Source: Bacteroidales bacterium UBA1458 (GTDB taxonomy: Bacteria > Bacteroidota > Bacteroidia > Bacteroidales > VadinHA17). Taken from it: 39,497 bases of DNA. The stretch covers positions 9,514 through 49,010 of the forward strand of contig DCSU01000174.1 of the NCBI GenBank assembly GCA_002325785.1, in the 5' to 3' direction. Below are positions 32,748 to 39,497 of the stretch, in pieces. Within the stretch, counting starts at the first letter, position 1; the number at the start of each line of letters is the position of its first letter. The notes under the pieces are model-generated. The model did no database searches, had not been told where the DNA came from, and worked only from the letters and a program-made list of their open reading frames with translations. A program made the position numbers and the translations under genes.

Positions 32748-33329
32748 TTACAGCGGGCTCTCTTTCAGGAATGAGAGTAATTTTCTCATCGCCATGGCCC
32801 TGTGAGAAATCTTGTTTTTTTCCGCAAGGGGGATCTCTGCAAATGTCAGGTCATATCCCCGGGCAACAAAGACAGGGTCATAACCGAAGCCACCGGTTCC
32901 TTTTCTTTCACTAATTATCTCACCCTCAACTTTACCCTCAAACAAGTATTCCCTGTTGTCGAGGATCAGGGCAATTACTGTCCTGAACCGGGCGCTGCGA
33001 TTATCTTTTCCTTCAAGCTGAGTTAAAAGCTTGGTGATATTGTCATCAAAGCTCCTGCCTTCGCCGGCATATCTTGCCGAATAGACGCCCGGGGCTCCGT
33101 CAAGAGCGTCTGTCTCCAGTCCGGTGTCATCTGCGAATACATTCAGGCCTGTTCTGTCATGGACGTACCTCGCCTTAAAGAGAGCATTCTCCTCCAGAGT
33201 ATCTGCCTCTTCAGGAATCTCTTCGGTTATCTGCACATCAGCCAGGCCAAGAATCTTGAAGTTCTCATCAAGAAGTTCACTTATCTCCCTGATTTTATGT
33301 TTATTATTTGTAGCGAATACCAGTTCCAT
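32748..33329 (-). CDS. rdgB: non-canonical purine NTP pyrophosphatase (dITP/XTP pyrophosphatase, Ham1/RdgB family)
   Basis: MELVFATNNKHKIREI start, FADDTGLE, GAPGVYSARYAG, GFGYDPVF and SHRA motifs. ATG at 33329 is supported by a -7 box at 33350-33357. Confidence 0.88.
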   Translation of the reverse strand: MELVFATNNKHKIREISELLDENFKILGLADVQITEEIPEEADTLEENALFKARYVHDRTGLNVFADDTGLETDALDGAPGVYSARYAGEGRSFDDNITKLLTQLEGKDNRSARFRTVIALILDNREYLFEGKVEGEIISERKGTGGFGYDPVFVARGYDLTFAEIPLAEKNKISHRAMAMRKLLSFLKESPL

Positions 33330-33349
33330 GCAAGGGTAGTAATTGAAGG

Positions 33350-33357
33350 CAAAAATA
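33350..33357 (-). promoter_or_regulatory. -7 promoter box TATTTTTG for rdgB
   Basis: The reverse complement of 33350-33357 is TATTTTTG, 20 nt upstream of the ATG at 33329. Confidence 0.4.
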
Positions 33358-33412
33358 GTCAATGCATCTGTACCAGACCGTACCGGTATACCAAAACAGC
33401 GAAATAATAGTT

Positions 33413-33420
33413 TATTTTTG
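33413..33420 (+). promoter_or_regulatory. -7 promoter box TATTTTTG for the Y_Y_Y-cyclase gene
   Basis: Exact TAnnTTTG match 26 nt upstream of the ATG at 33447. Confidence 0.4.
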
Positions 33421-33446
33421 TACAGATCAGACAAATTTAGTTTCCT

Positions 33447-35378
33447 ATGACGGCCATTTTATTTCGCGGTTGTGTTCTGCTCTCTCTCATTCTGTCAGTG
33501 GGAGTCTGTGGTCAGTCCGTGAATGCAGTAGTCACGGGACCTGATAATATTCTGCCGGGCAGAGATAAGATCACTGAAGTTTTTTTATACCGATCAGGCG
33601 AGAGGGTAGATGCCGCAGAGGAAAAGCTCGTTCTCGTCAATCATGAAGGGATTATTTTCTGGATGGAAAAAGGAGCGTCCACAGAATATTCTTTTTATAT
33701 GGAGGGGCCTGATGATGACTGGACCGCCTGGGATGAGCGTAACTACAAGGAATATACAAACCTTGACCAGGGGAAATATACATTCAGGTACCGGTACCGG
33801 GAGGATGGCGGTGGTGAAACGGTCGTTAGCCCTGACAATGATGGCGGTGGTGAATCGTCCGGCGGGGTGGACTCGACAAGCAGGGGCGGCGCGGCCGGCG
33901 AGGGCTCATTCAGCTTCCGGGTAAAGGCACCTTGGTACTTCTCTCCGCTGGCATTGATTATCTATCCTTTTCTTCTTGTTTTTGCCGGAATGATGCTACG
34001 CGTCCGTACCCACCGGTTGTTCAAGGAGAGACAGAAACGGCTTGAGGAGCTCATCGCAGAGCGAACAGAGGAGCTTCAGCATGAGAAGGAAAAGTCGGAT
34101 AATCTTCTGGCAAATATGCTTCCCAAAGGTACAGCCGAAGAAATCATGTCAAAAGGGAAAGCGGCGAAGACAAAATACAATTTTGTAACGGTACTGTTTT
34201 CCGATATACAGGGATTCACCAGGATTGCAGAGGAGATGAACCCGGAGGTTCTGATTGATGAGCTTGACCGGTTCTTTTTTCAATTTGATTCACTTGCCGA
34301 GAAGTACAGGATTGAAAAGATAAAGACCATTGGGGATGCCTACATGTGCGCAGGAGGAATCCCGGAGAGGAACAGGACCAACCCGGTGGAGGTGGTGCTG
34401 GCTGCACTTGAGATGCAGCAATACATGCAGTTTATGAAGGATGATCCGGCAAAGACCGCCGCACGGTTCTGGGATATCAGGATTGGCATTCACACAGGTA
34501 CGGTGATAGCGGGTGTTGTTGGGCATAAGAAGATTACCTATGACATCTGGGGTGACACGGTGAATACAGCGAGCAGGATGGAATCATCGGGCGAGCCGGG
34601 GAAAATAAATATTTCGGGTACAACATATGAGTTTGTAAAGGAATATTTCATCTGTGATTACCGGGGCAGGATGCCTGTCAAGTACAAAGGTGATCTTGAC
34701 ATGTATTTTGTTAAGGGTATCCGGCCGGAGTTTCGCGAGCCTGACGGTTCGCCCAACAGGAAATTCTTTACGAAGATTGAGATGATCCGTATTCTTGATG
34801 CGGAGGAACATGTTTTTACAAAGTATTCGGAGATCGCCTCTCCCGATCTCTTTTTCCACAGTGTTGATTATATCCGGAGCGTATGTCTCCAGGCTGACCT
34901 CCTGGCCAGGGCTGAAAAGCTGGATGACAAGGATTATATTCATGTCAGGCTGGCATCAGTATTTATCTTTTTCGGCTATGCGTTTGACTATAATGATCCG
35001 CCAGCTGCCGCCCGGAAGAGGGCCGGGGAGATACTCTCAGTTTACGGTTTCGGACCCCAGACCCTGGATGCAGTGACTGCCTTGATGGATTCCGCATTTC
35101 TTCCTGTACGGGATAATGCCGCCGCTATGGTCTTGCATGATGCAGTATATGACTTCACCGGAAGGATAGATTTTGTCACAATGGTTGACAGACTGTACCG
35201 TGAGGAAATGGCGTACGGCAAGGTAAATGACCCTAAAACCTGGTTCCGGAATTTGGCCGTGAGAATTGAAGAAAATCAGTTCCTTACTGAGACGGCAAAG
35301 AAACTGAGATCGGTTACTCTGCAGGAGCAACTCAATGCTCTTCAGTCTTTTGCCGGGGAGAAGCTCAACAATATTTAA
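33447..35378 (+). CDS. membrane class III adenylate cyclase: signal peptide - Y_Y_Y-like periplasmic domain - TM - coiled coil - cyclase - degenerate HD-like domain
   Basis: Y_Y_Y-type segment YSFYMEGPDDDWTAWDERNYKEYTNLDQGKYTFRYRY...FSFRVKAPWYFS. TM helix PLALIIYPFLLVFAGMML. Cyclase motifs VTVLFSDIQGFT, IKTIGDAYMCAGG and YDIWGDTVNTASRMES. The C-terminal ~120 aa aligns with the HD domain of the 29017 paralog, but His and the HD dyad are replaced. Confidence 0.88.
   Translation: MTAILFRGCVLLSLILSVGVCGQSVNAVVTGPDNILPGRDKITEVFLYRSGERVDAAEEKLVLVNHEGIIFWMEKGASTEYSFYMEGPDDDWTAWDERNYKEYTNLDQGKYTFRYRYREDGGGETVVSPDNDGGGESSGGVDSTSRGGAAGEGSFSFRVKAPWYFSPLALIIYPFLLVFAGMMLRVRTHRLFKERQKRLEELIAERTEELQHEKEKSDNLLANMLPKGTAEEIMSKGKAAKTKYNFVTVLFSDIQGFTRIAEEMNPEVLIDELDRFFFQFDSLAEKYRIEKIKTIGDAYMCAGGIPERNRTNPVEVVLAALEMQQYMQFMKDDPAKTAARFWDIRIGIHTGTVIAGVVGHKKITYDIWGDTVNTASRMESSGEPGKINISGTTYEFVKEYFICDYRGRMPVKYKGDLDMYFVKGIRPEFREPDGSPNRKFFTKIEMIRILDAEEHVFTKYSEIASPDLFFHSVDYIRSVCLQADLLARAEKLDDKDYIHVRLASVFIFFGYAFDYNDPPAAARKRAGEILSVYGFGPQTLDAVTALMDSAFLPVRDNAAAMVLHDAVYDFTGRIDFVTMVDRLYREEMAYGKVNDPKTWFRNLAVRIEENQFLTETAKKLRSVTLQEQLNALQSFAGEKLNNI
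33804..33854 (+). repeat. in-frame 15-bp perfect direct repeat GATGGCGGTGGTGAA (DGGGE) spaced 36 bp apart within a Gly-rich insertion
   Basis: 33804-33818 and 33840-33854 are identical. An adjacent GTACCG tandem lies at about 33789-33800 (RYRY). Confidence 0.7.
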
Positions 35379-35383
35379 AATCA

Positions 35384-35414
35384 TTTGGTACTTTGGTTAT
35401 AAAGAGTACATTTG
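35384..35414 (+). promoter_or_regulatory. Bacteroidota-type promoter for ilvE: -33 TTTG and -7 TACATTTG
   Basis: TTTG at 35384-35387 and TAnnTTTG at 35407-35414, with a 19-bp spacer. The -7 box ends 22 nt upstream of the ATG at 35437. Confidence 0.45.
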
Positions 35415-35436
35415 AAAAATCCTAATACTTGCAATC

Positions 35437-36459
35437 ATGGTTAATTTGGACTGGAACAATCTGCCTTTTGGCTATATCAAGACTGATTACAATGTCAGGT
35501 GTTACTTCAGAAACGGAGAGTGGAGCAAGCCTGAAATATCTGACTCAGAGTACCTTAATGTTCATATAGCTGCTACGGGGCTGCATTACGGGCAGGAGTC
35601 GTTTGAAGGACTCAAGGCCTACAGGGGCCGTGACGGGAAGGTCAGGTTATTCCGCTGGGAGGAGAATGCTAAACGGATGACCGCTTCGGCAAAAGGAATC
35701 ATTATGGAGCCCGTACCCATTGAACTGTTCCGGGAGGCGATATTTACTGCCGTCAGGCTTAATGAGAAGTTTGTTCCACCCCACGGATCGGGGGCATCGC
35801 TTTATATAAGGCCGTTGCTTTTTGGCAGTGGCGCGGAGGTTGGGGTCAAGCCTGCATCGGAATATACGTTCCTGGTTTTTGTTACCCCGGTAGGTCCTTA
35901 CTTCAAAGGGGGCGTAAAACCCGTAAACATGATGATATGCCGTGATGTTGACCGTGCTGCTCCGCTTGGTACAGGCAACATTAAGGTCGGGGGTAACTAT
36001 GCCGCCAGTCTGAGAGCCATAGTGAAAGCCCGCGACGGAGGATATGGCAATGCACTCTTCCTTGACGCACTGGAAAAGAAATATATCGATGAATGCGGTC
36101 CTGCAAACTTCTTCGGCATAAAGAACAACACATATGTAACACCACTGTCAGAATCGATTCTTCCCTCAATTACCAACAAAAGTCTCATCGCGATAGCTGA
36201 AAAGATGGGGATGAAAACCGAAAGGCGGAGGATTCCGGTTGAGGAACTTGAGGAGTTTGAAGAGACAGGTGCCTGCGGTACCGCGGCTGTCATAAGTCCG
36301 ATCGCAAAGATAGTCGATCCCGACACCGGGAAGGTTTATGAATATTGCAAAGATGGCAATCCTGGACCTGTTTCGATGAAGCTGTTCAACAAGCTGGTTG
36401 GAATACAGTACGGCGATGAACCCGATGAATTCGGGTGGATGACTGTAGTGGAGGCCTGA
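35437..36459 (+). CDS. ilvE: branched-chain amino acid aminotransferase (class IV PLP enzyme)
   Basis: GLHYGQESFEGLKAYRG, ASLYIRPLLFG and GNIKVGGNYAASL motifs. 340 aa. Confidence 0.9.
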   Translation: MVNLDWNNLPFGYIKTDYNVRCYFRNGEWSKPEISDSEYLNVHIAATGLHYGQESFEGLKAYRGRDGKVRLFRWEENAKRMTASAKGIIMEPVPIELFREAIFTAVRLNEKFVPPHGSGASLYIRPLLFGSGAEVGVKPASEYTFLVFVTPVGPYFKGGVKPVNMMICRDVDRAAPLGTGNIKVGGNYAASLRAIVKARDGGYGNALFLDALEKKYIDECGPANFFGIKNNTYVTPLSESILPSITNKSLIAIAEKMGMKTERRRIPVEELEEFEETGACGTAAVISPIAKIVDPDTGKVYEYCKDGNPGPVSMKLFNKLVGIQYGDEPDEFGWMTVVEA

Positions 36460-36542
36460 CCTTCATTTCCCGGTATTGTTTTAATTCCTGGCACGTTCTG
36501 AAAAAATTGCCGGCCTTTGGAAGGAATTGGCGGTTTCTGTGC

Positions 36543-36550
36543 TATTTTTG
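36543..36550 (+). promoter_or_regulatory. -7 promoter box TATTTTTG for ftsX
   Basis: Exact TAnnTTTG match 16 nt upstream of the GTG start at 36567. This implies a very short leader. Confidence 0.35.
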
Positions 36551-36566
36551 ACGCAAAGATTCAGCG

Positions 36567-37445
36567 GTGGCAAAAACATTGGGAGGGATATCCAGATACA
36601 GGTTAGGCAGTTCTTATGTCACACTGGTTGTGAGTGTATCTCTTGTTCTCTTTCTGCTCGGAATCCTGGGAATGGTACTGATCAATGCCCGGCAGCTCTC
36701 AGACTATTTCCGGGAAAGTCTTTCGTTCACCATAATGCTCAAAGAGGATGCACGAGAGGCAGACATCATGATGCTTCAGAAGGAGCTGGATGCCAAGTCA
36801 TATGTTAAACAGACGGAGTATGTATCCAAGGATGAGGCAGCTGTTAAGCTGAGCGAAGAGCTGGGTGAGGATTTCCTTGATTTCCTGGGATATAATCCCC
36901 TGATGCCGACGATAGATGTTTACCTGCTGGCTGATTATACTCATCCTGACAGTGTTATAAAGCTGGAGAAGATCATATCTGAGTATCCGGTGGTTGATGA
37001 AGTTTATTACCAGGAGTCAATACTTAACCTGATCAATGACAACGTAAAGAAGATAAGTGCTTTTCTTCTGGTTATCAGCGCTTTGCTATTCCTGATTGCG
37101 CTGACGATAATAAACAATACAATCAGGCTGTCAATTTACTCTAAGAGGTTCCTGATCAATACTATGCAGCTCATCGGTGCCAACAGGTCCTTCATCAGGA
37201 AGCCTTTTCTGCTCAAAAGCCTCTTTTTCGGTTTTCTGGCGGCGCTGATTGCGATAGGGCTTTTGATGGGACTTATGTACCTGATTGAGAAGGAGTTTTT
37301 CACGCTGTTTACTTATGAGAACATAAACATGTTTCTGTTTTTGTGCCTGGCGCTGGCGTGTGCGGGGGTAGTGATCAATGCCGTGTCGACATTTTTTGCC
37401 GTCAACAGATATCTGGGCATACACGAGGATAAACTATATTATTAG
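36567..37445 (+). CDS. ftsX: cell division protein FtsX (permease-like)
   Basis: TM1, an extracytoplasmic domain of about 100 aa, then 3 C-terminal TM helices (FtsX topology). The RLSIYSKRFLINTMQLIGA segment matches the conserved FtsX region. GTG start. Confidence 0.82.
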   Translation: MAKTLGGISRYRLGSSYVTLVVSVSLVLFLLGILGMVLINARQLSDYFRESLSFTIMLKEDAREADIMMLQKELDAKSYVKQTEYVSKDEAAVKLSEELGEDFLDFLGYNPLMPTIDVYLLADYTHPDSVIKLEKIISEYPVVDEVYYQESILNLINDNVKKISAFLLVISALLFLIALTIINNTIRLSIYSKRFLINTMQLIGANRSFIRKPFLLKSLFFGFLAALIAIGLLMGLMYLIEKEFFTLFTYENINMFLFLCLALACAGVVINAVSTFFAVNRYLGIHEDKLYY

Positions 37446-37451
37446 AAGGAA

Positions 37452-37700
37452 ATGGTTGCTAAAAAGGAAGATGACAAAAAAACAGGCTTTGCCCTGGGAA
37501 GGGAGAATTACAAGCTTATGGCCATAGGTTTTGCCATAATTATTGTAGGGTTCATTCTCATGGCAGGAGGCAGGTCTGATGATCCGAAAGTCTTTTCGGA
37601 GGATATCTTCAGTTTCCGCAGGATTACTGTAGCTCCGCTGATCGTTCTTGCCGGTTTCATTTTTGAGATTTACGCAATAATGAAAAGACCCAGGGATTAA
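37452..37700 (+). CDS. small two-TM membrane protein (DUF3098-like)
   Basis: 82 aa with two TM helices. The position between ftsX and uppP is conserved in Bacteroidota, by my recollection. Confidence 0.6.
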   Translation: MVAKKEDDKKTGFALGRENYKLMAIGFAIIIVGFILMAGGRSDDPKVFSEDIFSFRRITVAPLIVLAGFIFEIYAIMKRPRD

Positions 37701-37730
37701 CATTTTACGAATTGAAATCAGATAACCTTG

Positions 37731-38507
37731 ATGAATTGGTATGAAGCCCTGATCTTCGGACTGGTACAGGGACTGACTGAGTTTTTACCGGTCAGCAGCG
37801 ATGGGCACCTTGAGATCGTTAAATATCTTTTTGGCGGGATTGAGGAGAGTTTTCTCTTCTCGGTTGCTGTTCACGGCGCAACGGTATTAAGTATAATCGT
37901 AGTGTTCTGGAATGATATCATGAAACTGCTGAGAGGTGTTTTCAAATTCACCCTTAATGAGGAGACTCTGTTTGCACTCAAGATTATTGTTTCAATGATT
38001 CCGGTGGCGATTGTGGGTTTTACGCTCAGGGATGAGGTAGAGTCGCTGTTTGTTGCAGACATGGATATCACCGGTTCATTTCTGCTTGTTACTGCCCTGT
38101 TTCTCACCCTGGGCCATTTTGTAAGGAAAAGGGATAAGCCAATAACCTATGGGGGCGCGTTCATTATGGGGATAGCACAGGCGCTTGCTGTACTGCCGGG
38201 CCTGTCCAGGTCCGGGTCCACAATTTCCACAGGACTGATGCTTGGGAACAGCAAGAATGAACTGGCCCGCTTCTCATTCCTGATGGTTATTATTCCTATC
38301 ATCGGGGCCAATTTCGTGGAGGTTGTCACAACAGAAACTGCTGAGGTCAATCTGGTTGTTTTGCCGCTTATAATAGCTTTTATTGCCGCCTTCGTGTCAG
38401 GTTATGTTGCCTGCCGGTGGATGATCAACATCGTCAGGAAGGGCAAGCTGGGATGGTTTGCGCTCTACTGCCTAATTTTAGGACTGTCACTTATAATATT
38501 TGCCTGA
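37731..38507 (+). CDS. uppP: undecaprenyl-diphosphate phosphatase
   Basis: GLTEFLPVSSDGHL and LPGLSRSGSTI signature motifs. Polytopic membrane protein. ATG at 37731 (the track start at 37728 is a TTG). Confidence 0.92.
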   Translation: MNWYEALIFGLVQGLTEFLPVSSDGHLEIVKYLFGGIEESFLFSVAVHGATVLSIIVVFWNDIMKLLRGVFKFTLNEETLFALKIIVSMIPVAIVGFTLRDEVESLFVADMDITGSFLLVTALFLTLGHFVRKRDKPITYGGAFIMGIAQALAVLPGLSRSGSTISTGLMLGNSKNELARFSFLMVIIPIIGANFVEVVTTETAEVNLVVLPLIIAFIAAFVSGYVACRWMINIVRKGKLGWFALYCLILGLSLIIFA

Positions 38508-38509
38508 TA

Positions 38510-39232
38510 GTGCTCAAGAACTGTTCCAGCTTTGATGAAGGTGAGATCCTGCTGCTTCAGAAGCCGCTCTACTGGACCTCATTTGACCTTGTGAACAAGG
38601 TTAAGCTGGCTATACGTCATCGTTGCGGGCTCAAGAAGATCAAGGTAGGGCATGCCGGCACGCTTGATCCGCTGGCAACGGGACTGATGATTGTTTGTAC
38701 CGGCAGGGCCACTAAGAGGATTGATGAGTTCCGGGATCTTGACAAGGAGTACACGGCTCTTGTAAGGTTCGGAGCTACAACCCCTTCCTTTGACCTTGAG
38801 AGTGATACTGACAGGGAATACCCTTCCGGTCATATAACTGGCGCGATGATAGCTGAAAAGCTTGAGGGTTTTCTCGGAGAGCAGATGCAGGAGCCGCCTC
38901 TCTTTTCGGCGAAGTTTGTTGACGGGAAGAGGGCTTATGAACTGGCAAGGAAGAAGATAGAGAAGAAGCTTGACGAGGTGAAGGTGGTTTTTCGCGAACT
39001 TGAGCTGCTTGAATACAGGGATAATGAAGCAAAGATCAGGATAGTATGCAGCAAAGGCACCTATGTCAGGGCTTTCGCCCGTGACCTGGGCATCTCCCTG
39101 GGGAGCGGAGCGCATCTCAGTGGGCTGGTAAGGAACGCCATAGGAGAATTTCGTGTTGAAAAAGCTCTGACTGTAGATGAATTTAAATTTATTCTCGAAA
39201 ATTTGAAACAAAACGATATTTCAATCGTATAA
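38510..39232 (+). CDS. truB: tRNA pseudouridine(55) synthase
   Basis: [14 protein letters not shown] and the catalytic [19 protein letters not shown] motif. GTG at 38510, 3 nt after the uppP stop, gives a normal TruB N-terminus. The track start at 38417 would overlap uppP by 91 nt. Confidence 0.87.
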   Translation: MLKNCSSFDEGEILLLQKPLYWTSFDLVNKVKLAIRHRCGLKKIKVGHAGTLDPLATGLMIVCTGRATKRIDEFRDLDKEYTALVRFGATTPSFDLESDTDREYPSGHITGAMIAEKLEGFLGEQMQEPPLFSAKFVDGKRAYELARKKIEKKLDEVKVVFRELELLEYRDNEAKIRIVCSKGTYVRAFARDLGISLGSGAHLSGLVRNAIGEFRVEKALTVDEFKFILENLKQNDISIV

Positions 39233-39260
39233 ATATTCTTGCACTAATCATAATTGGATT

Positions 39261-39497
39261 ATGAAACTATCTCAATTTAAGTACACACTACCCCAGGAAC
39301 TGATTGCGCTCTATCCATCAAAAAACAGGGATGAGTCGAGGCTTATGGTTGTGCACAGGGATACCGGAGAGATTGAACACAAGGTATTTAAGGATATTGT
39401 TGACTATTTCAGGGAGCGTGACGTGCTGGTCTTCAACAATACGAAGGTATTTCCCGCAAGGTTATACGGCAACAAGGAAAAGACAGGTGCTGAGATA
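39261..39497 (+). CDS. queA: S-adenosylmethionine:tRNA ribosyltransferase-isomerase (3' end cut by window edge)
   Basis: [31 protein letters not shown]...[14 protein letters not shown] is the canonical QueA N-terminus. The frame is open to the window end. Confidence 0.88.
   Translation, partial: MKLSQFKYTLPQELIALYPSKNRDESRLMVVHRDTGEIEHKVFKDIVDYFRERDVLVFNNTKVFPARLYGNKEKTGAEI

Noticed and set aside
36527-36808. 93-aa ORF overlapping the ftsX start in another frame.
   Set aside because: The ftsX frame has the expected FtsX topology and conserved segment. The alternative frame is Cys/Arg/Gly-rich with no motif, and it begins upstream of the -7 box.
38579-39211. 210-aa ORF antisense to truB. Similar long antisense or shadow ORFs occur at 11974-12450, 1825-2352, 846-1301, 35997-36326, 34584-34943, 26705-27145 and 19452-19811.
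   Set aside because: Each lies wholly inside a gene with strong family motifs on the other strand. Their translations are low-complexity or Ser/Arg/Pro-rich with no recognisable motifs, and they lack promoter boxes. This is the usual pattern for stop-free antisense frames.
1-39497. Search for tRNA, rRNA, CRISPR arrays, transposases/integrases, prophage genes or long inverted/direct repeats marking a mobile element.
   Set aside because: None were found by eye. Intergenic regions are short (mostly under 120 bp). The only repeats are the 22-bp pair at 5945-6027 and the intragenic 15-bp pair at 33804-33854. A computational scan (tRNAscan-SE, Infernal, ISfinder) would be needed to exclude small elements formally.

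Overview
This 39.5 kb window looks like a chromosomal segment from a member of the Bacteroidota. Three things point there: a T9SS C-terminal sorting domain on a PorZ-like protein, repeated TAnnTTTG -7 promoter boxes, and the ftsX-DUF3098-uppP-truB-queA gene order. I support about 33 protein-coding genes. I saw no rRNA, tRNA, CRISPR array, transposase or integrase.

Gene blocks, in order:
- 1-2.6 kb: GH20 hexosaminidase and a GH30 lipoprotein.
- 2.7-5.8 kb: phospholipid head-group cluster (DAGK-like lipid kinase; CDP-alcohol phosphatidyltransferase - TauE/SafE - CdsA operon).
- 6.1-12.9 kb: a tightly packed plus-strand string of lipoprotein, NhaA, 2H phosphoesterase, Tat-signal GH106-like hydrolase and GH28.
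- 13.0-22.0 kb: the most unusual region (below).
- 22-39.5 kb: mostly housekeeping (alpha/beta hydrolase, M16 peptidase, deoxynucleoside kinase, GH3-family enzyme, RecO, RdgB, IlvE, FtsX, UppP, TruB, QueA). It also holds two paralogous class III nucleotide cyclase-HD fusion genes that bracket a PorZ-like gene.

The 13.0-22.0 kb region starts with an FNR-like Crp-family regulator. That gene is divergent from an operon encoding a split DUF4212 small subunit, an ActP/VC_2705-like Na+:solute symporter, a TM/TPR protein and an outer-membrane beta-barrel. This operon converges stop-to-stop on a second operon encoding a metallophosphoesterase and a 952-aa membrane Cache-PAS-PAS-CBS-DUF294 nucleotidyltransferase.

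All family calls come from motif recognition by eye in the supplied translations. No database search was possible, so family names are hypotheses to confirm with HMM or BLAST searches.
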